Positions 18,531 to 28,980 are shown, numbered from the stretch's first letter. The stretch is 64,000 bases of DNA from Candidatus Woesebacteria bacterium GW2011_GWF1_31_35 (GCA_001029755.1 CP011214.1:493767-557766); one strand, 5' to 3'. The notes: a model not told the origin generated them from the letters alone. Made by a program: numbers and translations.

Positions 18531-18983
18531 ATGAGTAAAATTGATGCAACACTTATCAAGAAATTAAGAGAAGAAACAGGTGCAGGAGTTATGCGTGTTA
18601 AAAATGTATTAGAAGAAGTAAAGGGAGATGAAAAGAAAGCTCTTGATGTATTAAAGAAAGAAGGTTTTGAAAAAGTAGCTAAAAGAGAAGGAAGAGAGAC
18701 TAATCAAGGAAAAATTTTTGCCTATACGCATCATACTGGTAAAGTTGCCTCAATTACTGAACTTTTTTCAGAAACTGACTTTGTAGCCAAAAATGAATTA
18801 TTTGAAAATCTTGGAAAAGATATTGCTTTACAAGTTGCATCAATGGGAGAAAAGGATATTGAGAAACAGGAATTTATTAAAGATCCTTCTAAAAAAATTT
18901 CAGATTTAATTAAAGAAGTAATTGCTAAGACCGGAGAAAATATTAGACTTGGTAGGGTTATGCGTGTAGAATTAGGAAAGTAA
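18531..18983 (+). CDS. tsf: Elongation factor Ts (short form)
   Basis: IKKLREETGAG, SETDFVA, GENIRLGR. Confidence 0.95.
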   Translation: MSKIDATLIKKLREETGAGVMRVKNVLEEVKGDEKKALDVLKKEGFEKVAKREGRETNQGKIFAYTHHTGKVASITELFSETDFVAKNELFENLGKDIALQVASMGEKDIEKQEFIKDPSKKISDLIKEVIAKTGENIRLGRVMRVELGK

Positions 18984-19537
18984 TGGACGAAACTCAAGTA
19001 ACTTCAAAAATGCAAAGAGTCGTTGATTTGGTAGTTTCTGATATTAGTGGAATTCGAACAGGTAGAGCAACACCATCTTTAGTTGAAAATATTAATTGTC
19101 CCGCATATGGTGGAACACAGGTTTTAAAAGTAATTGAACTAGCTTCAATCTCTGCTCCTGATACTCAAACTTTGGTAATTTCTCCCTGGGATAAATCAAT
19201 TATAGGAGACATCAGAAAAGGAATATTGGAAGCTAATATTGGAATGAACCCATCAATTGATGGAGAAATAATTAGAATATCTTTCCCTCCATTAACAACA
19301 GAAGATAGAGAAAAATATGTAAAAATATTATCAGGAAAACTTGAAAATGGAAAAGTACTTATTCGATCAGTTAGGGCTGATGAGATGCATTTAATTAAGA
19401 AAAATTTTGAAGACAAAAAAATTACTGAGGATGAGAAAAAAGATGCAGAGACTAAGATCCAAGAGTTAACAGATTTATATATAGGAAAAATTGAAAGTTT
19501 AGGAGAAGCAAAAAAAAGTGATTTACTTCAGATTTAA
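18983..19537 (+). CDS. frr: Ribosome recycling factor
   Basis: IRTGRATP, PPLTTEDR. Confidence 0.95.
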   Translation: MDETQVTSKMQRVVDLVVSDISGIRTGRATPSLVENINCPAYGGTQVLKVIELASISAPDTQTLVISPWDKSIIGDIRKGILEANIGMNPSIDGEIIRISFPPLTTEDREKYVKILSGKLENGKVLIRSVRADEMHLIKKNFEDKKITEDEKKDAETKIQELTDLYIGKIESLGEAKKSDLLQI

Positions 19538-19788
19538 ACAAAATCCACTACGGGTAGTTTTAAATTTTTCTGAATAATTTGCACATTTTTGGTTACATGA
19601 ATGTTTTGTTTATCAAGATAGTTCGATGTATCTTTTAAATCTTTGCTTATCTTTTTGACATCTTCTTTGATAATTTTTATATCGTCTCTGATTGGTTTTA
19701 ATTTTTCTCCTAATTTAGATTTTAATTTTTCTTCAAGTTTAGTATCAATCAAATTTCCAATTGAATTAAGATCGTTTTTGGTAAGCAT
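19534..19788 (-). CDS. Small coiled-coil hypothetical protein
   Basis: MLTKNDL start, heptad-like K/D/I repeats. Confidence 0.65.
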   Translation of the reverse strand: MLTKNDLNSIGNLIDTKLEEKLKSKLGEKLKPIRDDIKIIKEDVKKISKDLKDTSNYLDKQNIHVTKNVQIIQKNLKLPVVDFV

Positions 19789-19842
19789 AAATTAATATTA
19801 CACCGTGTACTTTTGACGTCAATTATTGCATAATGACAAAAT

Positions 19843-20931
19843 ATGTTGGGATCAATCTTAATTTTTATTTTAGTTCTTTCTATTTTAGTTTTGGTTCATG
19901 AATTGGGGCATTTCTTGGTTGCTAAAAAGTTTGGTATTCTTGTTGAGGAATTTGGGTTTGGCTTACCCCCTCGCATTTTTGGTAAAAAAATAAAGGATAC
20001 AATTTATTCTATAAATCTACTTCCTTTTGGTGGTTTTGTGAGACTTCATGGCGAATTGACAGATGATAAAGTAACGAACTCTAAACGAGCCTTTTTAAAT
20101 AAACCAAAATTAATTAAGGTTGCAGTAATAATTTCCGGGGTTATTATGAACTTTATTTTAGCAATTGTTGCCTTTGCTATAGTCTATTCTTTTACTGGGA
20201 TTCCAAGAGATACTAAAGAAGTTAAAATACTAGACATAGCTACAGGATCTCCAGCACAAATTGCACAAATATTACCAGGAGACAAAGTTTTGGCTGTCGA
20301 TGGAGTAAAAGTAATTAGTGTCACAGAATTTATTTCTAAAGTTGAAGATAAAAAAGGTAAAAAGGTTATATTACAATTACAAAATAGAAAAGTAACAATA
20401 ATTCCAAGAATAAGCCCTCCAGAGGGGGAAGGTCCATTAGGTGTTGCTGTTACAAATACTGAAGTTTATTTTGCTCCTATTTGGCAAAGACCTTTTTATG
20501 GTGCATATTTTGGATTTAAAGAAGCTATATTTTGGGGTAAAAATGTTTTAATGGGCTTAGGTTCAATTTTTACAAGTTTATTTAAAGGACAAGTTCCTCA
20601 GGATGTTTCAGGACCAGTAGGGGTTTTTGCAGTAACTTCAGAAGTTGCTAAAGAAGGAATTTTAAGTTTAATTAATTTACTTGGAATCATTTCAGTTAAT
20701 TTAGCAATTATTAATATTTTACCTTTCCCAGCCCTTGATGGTGGAAGACTTTTGTTTATTTTTATTGAAAAAATAATTGGAAAAAGAATTATTCCTAAAG
20801 TTGAGAACTTTATTCATACTGTTGGTATGATTATTCTTTTAGGTCTAATTTTAGCAATTACAATCCATGATATTAGACGTTTAATAACTGCTGGTTCAAT
20901 TTCAGGATTTCTAAATTCAATGATAAAATAA
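19843..20931 (+). CDS. rseP: RIP metalloprotease RseP (M50 + PDZ)
   Basis: HELGH, LPFGGFV, PDZ SPAQ..GD, NILPFPALDGG. Confidence 0.93.
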   Translation: MLGSILIFILVLSILVLVHELGHFLVAKKFGILVEEFGFGLPPRIFGKKIKDTIYSINLLPFGGFVRLHGELTDDKVTNSKRAFLNKPKLIKVAVIISGVIMNFILAIVAFAIVYSFTGIPRDTKEVKILDIATGSPAQIAQILPGDKVLAVDGVKVISVTEFISKVEDKKGKKVILQLQNRKVTIIPRISPPEGEGPLGVAVTNTEVYFAPIWQRPFYGAYFGFKEAIFWGKNVLMGLGSIFTSLFKGQVPQDVSGPVGVFAVTSEVAKEGILSLINLLGIISVNLAIINILPFPALDGGRLLFIFIEKIIGKRIIPKVENFIHTVGMIILLGLILAITIHDIRRLITAGSISGFLNSMIK

Positions 20932-20938
20932 ACCAATA

Positions 20939-22153
20939 ATGAAGCAATCAATTTTATTTCCAAAAACAAGAAAAGAAGCTCCAAAAGATGCAGAAAGTGT
21001 CAACCATAAACTTTTAGTCAGAGCAGGGTTTATTGATCAATTAATGGCAGGAAGTTGGACACTTTTGCCTTTAGGTTGGAGGGTAGTTTCTAAAATAAAT
21101 AACATAATTAAGGAGGAAATGGATGCAATTGGTGGTCAAGAAATGCTGATGCCACTACTTCACCCTAAAGAAATTTGGAATGAAACAGGAAGATGGGATA
21201 AGGCAGATGAAGTTATGTATAAATTAAAGGATAAAAGAAAAAAAGAATTTGTTCTTTCTTTTACTCATGAAGAAATAGTAATGGATTTAATTCGCAAAAA
21301 CATTACAAGTTATAAAGATTTACCAATTTCAATTTATCATTTTTCGACCAAATTTAGGAATGAACTGCGAGCAAAATCAGGAATATTAAGAGGGCGAGAA
21401 TTTATGATGAAGGATCTTTATTCTGCACACACATCAGAGGAAGATCTAATGGAATATTATGAAAAAGTTAAAAAAGCTTATTCTAAAATATTTAGAAGGT
21501 TAGGTTTTAACAGCGAAACCGGTTATGTTTTTAAAGTTACGAAAGCTTCAGGTGGGGTATTTACAGATAAATATACACACGAGTTTCAGGTACTTTCTGA
21601 AGCAGGTGAGGATACAATTTACTGGAAAAATGATGAAGATGAGGCCATTAATGAAGAGATATTAGAAGGAAATAAAGATGATTATAAAATGGCTAAATCT
21701 ATTGAGGTGGGAAATATTTTTCCATTAGGTACTTGGTATGCAGAGAGAATGAAAATTTACTTTACTGATGAAGATGGAAAGAAAAAGCCCCTTTGGTTTG
21801 GAAGTTACGGAATAGGGTCTACCCGTGTAATGGGAACATGGGTTGAAGTTTCTCATGATGAAAAAGGAATAATTTGGAATAAAGAAATAAGTCCCTTTGA
21901 TGTTCATTTGATTGAACTTACAGGCGGAAAAGCTAAAGAAGTATATGAAAAATTAACTTATACAGGAGTTGATGTTCTCTGGGACGACAGAAATATACCT
22001 GCCGGAGAGAAGTTTGCAGATTGTGATTTAATTGGAATTCCTGTAAGACTTGTTGTTTCAGAAAAAACAAAAGGTAAGATTGAATTTAAAATGAGAAATT
22101 CTAAAGATATCGAACTTTTAAGTTTAGATGAGGTTATAAATAAATTAAAATGA
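20939..22153 (+). CDS. proS: Prolyl-tRNA synthetase (no editing domain)
   Basis: LLVRAGFI, THEE, FRNELR..GILRGREFMMKD, IEVGNIF, GSYGIG. Confidence 0.95.
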   Translation: MKQSILFPKTRKEAPKDAESVNHKLLVRAGFIDQLMAGSWTLLPLGWRVVSKINNIIKEEMDAIGGQEMLMPLLHPKEIWNETGRWDKADEVMYKLKDKRKKEFVLSFTHEEIVMDLIRKNITSYKDLPISIYHFSTKFRNELRAKSGILRGREFMMKDLYSAHTSEEDLMEYYEKVKKAYSKIFRRLGFNSETGYVFKVTKASGGVFTDKYTHEFQVLSEAGEDTIYWKNDEDEAINEEILEGNKDDYKMAKSIEVGNIFPLGTWYAERMKIYFTDEDGKKKPLWFGSYGIGSTRVMGTWVEVSHDEKGIIWNKEISPFDVHLIELTGGKAKEVYEKLTYTGVDVLWDDRNIPAGEKFADCDLIGIPVRLVVSEKTKGKIEFKMRNSKDIELLSLDEVINKLK

Positions 22154-22476
22154 ATGAAGATTGCGTATTTTGTAAGATTATAAATAAAGAAATTCCCACA
22201 AAAAATATAAGATATGAAGATTCTGATATTATTGCTTTTGATAGTATTGATCCTGTAGCTAAAACACACATACTAATAGTTCCCAAAAAACATATTATAA
22301 GTTTTCTAGAAATTAATGACGATTATGATTTTTCAAAAATAATTAAAGCTGCACAAAAAATCATTGTGGAAAATAAAATCGAATTAGCGTATAAATTAGT
22401 ATTCAATGGCGGAAAGTTTCAAACTATACAACACCTGCATTGGCATTTATTATCAGGTAATCTAAAAGAAATATGA
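22150..22476 (+). CDS. HIT family nucleotide-binding protein
   Basis: CVFCKI, HILIVPKKH, HLHWH. Confidence 0.92.
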   Translation: MNEDCVFCKIINKEIPTKNIRYEDSDIIAFDSIDPVAKTHILIVPKKHIISFLEINDDYDFSKIIKAAQKIIVENKIELAYKLVFNGGKFQTIQHLHWHLLSGNLKEI

Positions 22477-22925
22477 TTGCAAATACTCTAACACAAAAAA
22501 TAGGCGAAGCAATGAAGGCAAGAGATGCAATTCGTCTTTCAACTTTACGTATGCTTTCATCTGCATTTAATTATGAAAAGATTGCAAAACAACACGAACT
22601 AAATGATGAAGAGGAATTAAGTGTTGTAAGAAAAGAAGCTAAAAAGAGAAAAGAAGCAATTGATGCTTATGAAAAAGTAACAGATAAAGAAAGTGTGAGA
22701 GAAAGAATTGATCAGGAAACAAAGGAATTGGCTATTTTGCAAGAATATTTACCACCAGAAATAAGTCAGGATGAAATAATAAAATTGGTAGATGCAGCAA
22801 TTTTAGAATTAAAAGTAAGTTCTATTTCAGATATGGGCAAAGTAATAGGATTAGTCAAATCAAAATCTCCAGGAGTGGATGGTTCTACATTAGCTGAAAT
22901 AGTAAAGCAAAAATTATTAAGTTAA
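22473..22925 (+). CDS. GatB/YqeY domain protein
   Basis: AMKARD..RLSTLRML, ILQEYLP, DMGKVIG. Confidence 0.9.
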   Translation: MIANTLTQKIGEAMKARDAIRLSTLRMLSSAFNYEKIAKQHELNDEEELSVVRKEAKKRKEAIDAYEKVTDKESVRERIDQETKELAILQEYLPPEISQDEIIKLVDAAILELKVSSISDMGKVIGLVKSKSPGVDGSTLAEIVKQKLLS

Positions 22926-22938
22926 TTTTTTTAACATT

Positions 22939-23325
22939 ATGATAAAAGTAAAAGTGTCTAAACAATTAAATTATCCTGTTAGTGGAGTCAAAATTCGAAA
23001 TTTTTTGCAAAATTTTTTCAAAGATCAGGGAATTGTGTCAGATGCAACCGCTCACGTTTTTTTGGTAAATGAAGCAAAAATGTTAAAACTTGCTAAAAAA
23101 TATTATAAAGATAATAAGTTACATAATGTTTTTACTTTTGTGGAATCTGAGGTAGCTGGGTTTGTTAATCCTCCAATTACTGGAATAAATTTGGGAGAAA
23201 TTGTAGTTTGTTTTCCAGTTGCTGTTAAAGAAGCAGGAATTGAAGGAAAATTGATAGAAGAAAAAGTATTAGAACTTATTGAACATGGTGGAATGCATCT
23301 TTTGGGTAAACATCATGAAGAATAA
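22939..23325 (+). CDS. ybeY: rRNA maturation RNase YbeY
   Basis: LGEIVVC, HGGMHLLGKHH metal motif. Confidence 0.85.
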   Translation: MIKVKVSKQLNYPVSGVKIRNFLQNFFKDQGIVSDATAHVFLVNEAKMLKLAKKYYKDNKLHNVFTFVESEVAGFVNPPITGINLGEIVVCFPVAVKEAGIEGKLIEEKVLELIEHGGMHLLGKHHEE

Positions 23326-23344
23326 TTAAAATAAGTTTTATAAA

Positions 23345-24799
23345 ATGACTTTTTATTTAAAATACAGACCACAAAAATTAGACGATTTAGATATCTTATC
23401 GGTCAGAAATACTTTAGTTAATATTTTAAAATCAGGTACGATTCCCCACGCATATCTATTTGCTGGGCCTAAAGGAACTGGAAAAACATCAGCAGCAAGA
23501 ATACTGGCCAAAGCCATTAATTGTGAATCAAAAAATCCACCATGTAATAAATGCGATCAGTGTGTCTCTATTACTAATGGAACAAACATTGACGTGATTG
23601 AAATGGATGCTGCTAGTAATAGAGGAATTGATGATATTAGAGCTTTAAGAGATATTATTAAATTAGCTCCCGCTAAAGCAAAATCCAAAATTTATATTAT
23701 TGATGAGGCTCATATGTTAACAATTGAAGCTTCTAATGCACTTTTAAAAACTTTAGAGGAACCACCATCTCATGTTTACTTTATTTTGGCTACGACTAAT
23801 CCTGAAAAATTAATTGAAACAATAAAAAGTAGAACTACTTTAATTCATTTTACCAAAGCTACAGCTGATGAAATATCTAGATCATTAAAAAGAGTTGTGG
23901 ATGGAGAAAAAATGAAAATATCAGAAGAAGATCTTAAAATTATCGCCAAAATGTCTAAAGGGTCATTTAGAGATGCTGTAAAAATACTAGAGCAAGTAAG
24001 TGTTGATAAAAATTTATTAAAAAATTCAAAGAGTTTTAATGTAGATAATTTTTTGGAATTACTAAATAAAAAAGATTTAAAAAAAAGTCTTAATGAGCTA
24101 TCAAGTGCCATTAAAGAAGGGATAAGTGTCGAATTAATAACTGAATCAGTTTTAGAAAAGTTGAGGTTTGAACTTTTGGCGTTATCCGGAATAGGTTCTA
24201 ATGAATATAAATTTACAAAATTAGAACTAATTCAACTAATTGAATTCATAATTCAATCACAGGAAAATATTAAACTTTCCCCAGTTGAGGAATTGCCTTT
24301 AGAACTTGCTATAATTAAATGGTTTGGAGATGACGGGGAAGTTGATATTGGGGATGGAGATATAAATGATGATAAGAAAGATGAAACTACAGAAAAACAA
24401 AATACTAAAGTTTTAAAAGATGATATAAAACTTAGTGATACAAATATAGAAAACTCAACTCCTTCTGAATTTAACATACCTGAAGTAAACATCGAATACT
24501 GGACTAAAATTTTGGCTGAAGTTAAATTAATAAATGCATCAATTGAAGCGCTTTTAAGATCTTCTAAACCAATTGGGTTTGATGGACAAAGATTAAAATT
24601 AGGTGTTTATTATAAATTTCATAAAGATAAATTAGAAGAATTAAAAAATAAAAAATTGTTAGAAGATATTGCTACAAAAATTTTTGAAAAGACAATTAGG
24701 ATTGAATGTCTATTAACTGAACCACCTGCAAAAATACAATTGACTGAGAGTAAGGATGATAATATACTAAACGTTGCAGAGGAGATATTTAATGTTTGA
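23345..24799 (+). CDS. dnaX: DNA polymerase III gamma/tau
   Basis: KYRP, GPKGTGKT, EMDAASN, IDEAHML, LLKTLEEPP. Confidence 0.96.
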   Translation: MTFYLKYRPQKLDDLDILSVRNTLVNILKSGTIPHAYLFAGPKGTGKTSAARILAKAINCESKNPPCNKCDQCVSITNGTNIDVIEMDAASNRGIDDIRALRDIIKLAPAKAKSKIYIIDEAHMLTIEASNALLKTLEEPPSHVYFILATTNPEKLIETIKSRTTLIHFTKATADEISRSLKRVVDGEKMKISEEDLKIIAKMSKGSFRDAVKILEQVSVDKNLLKNSKSFNVDNFLELLNKKDLKKSLNELSSAIKEGISVELITESVLEKLRFELLALSGIGSNEYKFTKLELIQLIEFIIQSQENIKLSPVEELPLELAIIKWFGDDGEVDIGDGDINDDKKDETTEKQNTKVLKDDIKLSDTNIENSTPSEFNIPEVNIEYWTKILAEVKLINASIEALLRSSKPIGFDGQRLKLGVYYKFHKDKLEELKNKKLLEDIATKIFEKTIRIECLLTEPPAKIQLTESKDDNILNVAEEIFNV

Positions 24800-24833
24800 T
24801 AAGCAAAGCTTGTCAAACAGTTTTTAATAAAAT

Positions 24834-25121
24834 ATGTTTGATAAATTTAAACAATTAGGAGAGTTAAATAAAATGCGTCAGCAAGCTCAGAGTTTGCAGA
24901 AAGAGCTTGAGAAAATTATAGAAACTGTTGAGAAAAATGGTTTAAGTGTTTCAGTTACAGGGGATCAAAAAATTAGATATATTAAAAAAGATGGAGAAGA
25001 AATGAAAGAGTTGGTTGAACTTATTAACGAAGCTATGAAAAAAGTACAAAAAGAAGCAGCCAAAAAGATGATGGAAATGGGTGGAGGACTTTCAGGACTT
25101 CTAGGTGGAATGGGTAAATAA
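24834..25121 (+). CDS. YbaB/EbfC nucleoid-associated protein
   Basis: Between dnaX and recR; QAQSLQKEL, VSVTGDQ. Confidence 0.85.
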   Translation: MFDKFKQLGELNKMRQQAQSLQKELEKIIETVEKNGLSVSVTGDQKIRYIKKDGEEMKELVELINEAMKKVQKEAAKKMMEMGGGLSGLLGGMGK

Positions 25122-25122
25122 A

Positions 25123-25356
25123 TTAGTTATCTTTATCAAGTCGATCTAAAAATTGACAAGGAGAAGGATTACTTCTCCCCCTGGTAATAGCAGGATTTGT
25201 ACACTGGACTCTTTTTTCTCCGGAAGCATTTAAATTCATTGGAAATTGGCAACTTGCACGAGACCCTTTTGGAGGACATTCTGGATAACCACCAGGTCTT
25301 GTTTCAAGTGGAGCTGATATACTATTAATTTCAACAAATTTAATATCAGGTGTCAT
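25123..25356 (-). CDS. Small Cys-containing hypothetical protein antisense between ybaB and recR
   Basis: Likely start ATG 25356 preceded by TACAAT; 4 Cys. Confidence 0.5.
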   Translation of the reverse strand: MTPDIKFVEINSISAPLETRPGGYPECPPKGSRASCQFPMNLNASGEKRVQCTNPAITRGRSNPSPCQFLDRLDKDN

Positions 25357-25407
25357 TATTGGATATTGTACTGTTTTTGTGTGATTTTTCAAGTAAAATG
25401 AATAGTT

Positions 25408-26019
25408 ATGAAAATTGCAAAAGCTATCTCTTCATTAATTGAATCTTTTGAAAAACTTCCTGGAATTGGTCCAAAGTCGGCTCAAAGACTTACATATTAT
25501 CTATTACACGTTCCACAAAGAGAATTAGACGAATTTGGAAAAAATCTAGAAAGATTAAAAAAAGATACAGTATTTTGCACAGTTTGTAAAAATATAGCTG
25601 AAGTTGACCCTTGTCCAATTTGTTCAGATAATTTAAGAGATAAGACTATACTTTTAGTGGTTGAACAACCTTTAGACATTTTAGCTTTTGAAAGAAGTGG
25701 GAGATTTAGGGGAATTTATCATTGTCTTCATGGGGCTATTAATCCCTTGGAAAACATTGGTCCTGATGAGATTTTTATAGATGAATTAATCAAAAGAGTA
25801 AAAGATACCAAAAAAAATAAAATTGAAGAAGTAGTTATTGCTACAAATCCAACAATGGAAGGGGAAGCAACTGCGATGTATCTAGTAAAACAATTTAAAA
25901 GTATTAATTCAAAAGTAAAAGTTACTCGTCTAGGAATGGGAATTCCTACCGGAGCTGATTTAGAATATGCAGATGATGTAACATTAACTCAGGCCCTAGA
26001 AGGTCGTAGGGAAATGTAA
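25408..26019 (+). CDS. recR: Recombination protein RecR
   Basis: LPGIGPKSAQRL, C4 zinc finger, Toprim ATNPTMEGEAT. Confidence 0.97.
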   Translation: MKIAKAISSLIESFEKLPGIGPKSAQRLTYYLLHVPQRELDEFGKNLERLKKDTVFCTVCKNIAEVDPCPICSDNLRDKTILLVVEQPLDILAFERSGRFRGIYHCLHGAINPLENIGPDEIFIDELIKRVKDTKKNKIEEVVIATNPTMEGEATAMYLVKQFKSINSKVKVTRLGMGIPTGADLEYADDVTLTQALEGRREM

Positions 26020-26024
26020 ATTAT

Positions 26025-26555
26025 ATGAATACAACTGCCCAAAGTTTTAAACAAGCTATTAAAAAGTCCGCTAGAACTATTGGAGATGAGCCGTTAGAGA
26101 TTCTTAAAAATGCTAGAGATCAAGTGACAGGGTCTGAAGATTATTTTTCAGGAAATGAGAAAACTAATGAAGTATCTAAAGATGATTCTGCAATTAGAGA
26201 TGAAGAACAGTACAAAAAAAAAGTTTCTGAACAAGACGGAAGGCATTTGGAGGCTTTAGAAGTAGAACTTAAAGATATAAGACGTCAAAAACTTTTTAAT
26301 GAAATAATGCAAAAAATACAAGATGGAATTGATGTTTCAGTCGAAGAATTTAGTGAACTTACTTATGAACAGAGAGAAGTATTAAAAGCACAGATTGAGG
26401 TAATTAAAAATAAAAAAATACAATCTTTAAATCAAAACAATGGTTTAATAGAACCTGCTTCTAAAAAAGGTAGGAGACTTGGGATATTTGGACAAAAGCA
26501 GGCAGCAGAAAAACAAACTACTAGAGTAGAGAATCCTATTCAGTCTTCTACTTAA
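26025..26555 (+). CDS. Hypothetical charged helical protein
   Basis: Long ORF co-oriented with recR and cysS. Confidence 0.7.
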   Translation: MNTTAQSFKQAIKKSARTIGDEPLEILKNARDQVTGSEDYFSGNEKTNEVSKDDSAIRDEEQYKKKVSEQDGRHLEALEVELKDIRRQKLFNEIMQKIQDGIDVSVEEFSELTYEQREVLKAQIEVIKNKKIQSLNQNNGLIEPASKKGRRLGIFGQKQAAEKQTTRVENPIQSST

Positions 26556-26574
26556 AATTTGCTACAATACTAAT

Positions 26575-27987
26575 ATGCCAGGACTTTTAATTTACAATTC
26601 TTTAACTAGAAAAAAGGAATTATTTACTCCTATTAACCCATCTGAAGTGAAGATGTATACCTGTGGTCCAACTGTCTATCATTTTACCAGTATTGGAAAT
26701 TTTAGAACATATACTTCAGCTGACATATTACTTCGAGTTTTAGAATATAACGGTTTTAAGGTTAAATATATTATGAATTTAACTGATGTTGGTCATTTAA
26801 CTGGAGATAATTTAGGAGATGCTGATACCGGAGAAGATAGATTGGAAAAAGCTGCTAAGGAAGAAAGGAAAACCGCATGGGATATTGCTTCAATTTATAC
26901 TGAAAGTTTTCTTACTGATTTTAAAAAATTAAATCTAACAAAGCCTTTTGAGTTTGTTAAAGCAACTGATCATATTCAAGAACAAATAGATCTTATTAAA
27001 AAGCTTGAAGAAAAAAATCTTATCTATAAGACTTCAGATGGAATATATTTTGATACAGTTAAGTTTGAAAAAAATACAGGGAAAAAATATGGAGAACTTT
27101 CAACACTTGATCAAATTAAAGAAGGAGCAAGAGTTGAACCAAATCCAGAAAAGAAAAATCCTAGAGATTTCGCGCTTTGGAAATTTAGTCCAAAAAATGT
27201 TAAAAGAGATATGGAATGGGAATCTCCTTGGGGAATTGGTTTTCCTGGTTGGCATATAGAATGTTCTGCAATGAGTATGAAATATTTAGGAGAAACAATA
27301 GATATTCATACGGGGGGAGAGGATTTACGCTCAACTCATCATCCAAACGAAATTGCCCAAAGTGAGGGTGCAACAGGAAAACAATTTGTTAACTATTGGA
27401 TGCATGGCTCATTTTTAAAAGTTGATGGAAAAAGAATGGGAAAAAGCTTGGGTAATGCCTATACCATTAAAGATATTGATGATAAAGGGTTTAGTCCTTT
27501 GGATTTAAGATATTTTTATTTAGGTGGAAAATATAATGAGCAATTAAATTTTACTTGGGAAGGTTTAAATTCAGCTAAAATAGCTTTAGAAAAAATCAAA
27601 AATCAACTTGAGATTATTAAATCAAATAAGGATCGTAATGTAATTTCAAACGAAAAATTAGAAAAGTTAGATAAATATAGAAATGATTTCATATCTTCGC
27701 TTAATGATGATTTAAATACTCCAAAAGCACTAGCTACCCTTTGGGAAGTTATTAAAAGTAATATTCCAAGTCAAGATAAATATGATTTAATTTTAGACTT
27801 TGACGAAGTTTTAGGTTTAGATCTTTCAAAACAGGCGGAAACTAAAGAAATTCCTGAAAATATAGAAAAATTAATTGATGAAAGGAATAAATTGAGAAAT
27901 GAAAAAAGGTTTGAAGAATCGGATAATATAAGAGATAAGATTATTAAATTAGGATTTGAAGTTAAAGATCCTGCCAAAAATGAATAA
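26575..27987 (+). CDS. cysS: Cysteinyl-tRNA synthetase
   Basis: YTCGPTVY, DFALWK, PGWHIECSAM, HHPNE, RMGKS. Confidence 0.97.
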   Translation: MPGLLIYNSLTRKKELFTPINPSEVKMYTCGPTVYHFTSIGNFRTYTSADILLRVLEYNGFKVKYIMNLTDVGHLTGDNLGDADTGEDRLEKAAKEERKTAWDIASIYTESFLTDFKKLNLTKPFEFVKATDHIQEQIDLIKKLEEKNLIYKTSDGIYFDTVKFEKNTGKKYGELSTLDQIKEGARVEPNPEKKNPRDFALWKFSPKNVKRDMEWESPWGIGFPGWHIECSAMSMKYLGETIDIHTGGEDLRSTHHPNEIAQSEGATGKQFVNYWMHGSFLKVDGKRMGKSLGNAYTIKDIDDKGFSPLDLRYFYLGGKYNEQLNFTWEGLNSAKIALEKIKNQLEIIKSNKDRNVISNEKLEKLDKYRNDFISSLNDDLNTPKALATLWEVIKSNIPSQDKYDLILDFDEVLGLDLSKQAETKEIPENIEKLIDERNKLRNEKRFEESDNIRDKIIKLGFEVKDPAKNE

Positions 27988-28639
27988 ACAAAATTTTGTT
28001 AATTTAGTTGGTAGATTTATTTTAATTATAAATTTATTAGGACTTATTATTCTTTCAGTTTTTGTAGTTTTAATTTATCAAAAGTCTACAAAACAAGAAA
28101 AATTAGTTACAACAACTGAAAGTACTAAGGAAAATGATACTTGTGGCTCAGATTGTAAAGCTTATATTGATTCTGCAATATTGAATGTTTCTCAAAAAGA
28201 CATAAGTTTACCAACAACTTCTCCTACCTCTACAACTAAACCAACATTTTTACCAACAACTAAGCCTAAAACTTTTATTTCTTATATCCCAATTGCTGGT
28301 CCAGCAACAACAACATCAACAACTTGGGAAGATGTTTCTGGAACCGATTTTAACCTCGATCTAAATACAAATTATGGATCTAATGCTAAAACATCTTGGG
28401 AAGCTTTTATAAAAGTAGCCCATAATAACGGACAGGTTTTTGCAAGATTAATTGATGTTACTCATGGAATAGTTGTAAATGGTAGTGAAATATCTTTAAT
28501 TAATAATTCAAATCTTACACAAGTTTCTTCTGGACCTTTAAGTTTTTGGTCTGGGAATAATCAATACAGGGTTCAATTAAAATCTTTAAATTCATTTGAA
28601 GTCACTTTTGGAAGCGGGAGAGTAAAGATTACTTATTAG
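27980..28639 (+). CDS. Membrane-anchored protein with Thr/Pro linker and beta-rich domain
   Basis: N-terminal TM, CGSDC, PTTSPTSTTKPT linker; likely ATG 27980. Confidence 0.7.
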   Translation: MNKQNFVNLVGRFILIINLLGLIILSVFVVLIYQKSTKQEKLVTTTESTKENDTCGSDCKAYIDSAILNVSQKDISLPTTSPTSTTKPTFLPTTKPKTFISYIPIAGPATTTSTTWEDVSGTDFNLDLNTNYGSNAKTSWEAFIKVAHNNGQVFARLIDVTHGIVVNGSEISLINNSNLTQVSSGPLSFWSGNNQYRVQLKSLNSFEVTFGSGRVKITY

Positions 28640-28641
28640 TC

Positions 28642-28980
28642 TTAAAAGTTAATTTTTTTAATTCCAAATTTTTTTTCGGGAATGGATTTTTTAACAATCA
28701 CCCCAACATAGTCAATTAAAGGAAAAGATTTTCTAACTTCCAACATAAATTTTTCTGAAAGATTTGTGGTGTAATTACCAAAGCCTGCCTTTTCACTTTG
28801 CGAACAAAGTTTACTTTCCCATTCACGAATTATTGAAAGAATCTTTGCACCTCCATTATTAAATTCTTCCTGTAGTGAATCTTGATCTAAACTATATTTC
28901 ATATGAAGTTTGGTAAAGTCTTCAAAAGCCTTTTTTTCAGTTGTGATCATTCTCTCAAAATATTCTCTATATTTTGTCAT
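28642..28980 (-). CDS. Hypothetical protein
   Basis: Clean 112-aa ORF with ATG start. Confidence 0.7.
   Translation of the reverse strand: MTKYREYFERMITTEKKAFEDFTKLHMKYSLDQDSLQEEFNNGGAKILSIIREWESKLCSQSEKAGFGNYTTNLSEKFMLEVRKSFPLIDYVGVIVKKSIPEKKFGIKKINF

Noticed and set aside
24078-24087. A-run in dnaX as a programmed -1 frameshift site
   Set aside because: A-runs are everywhere in this AT-rich sequence; no stimulatory hairpin seen and the position is too early for a gamma-like product.
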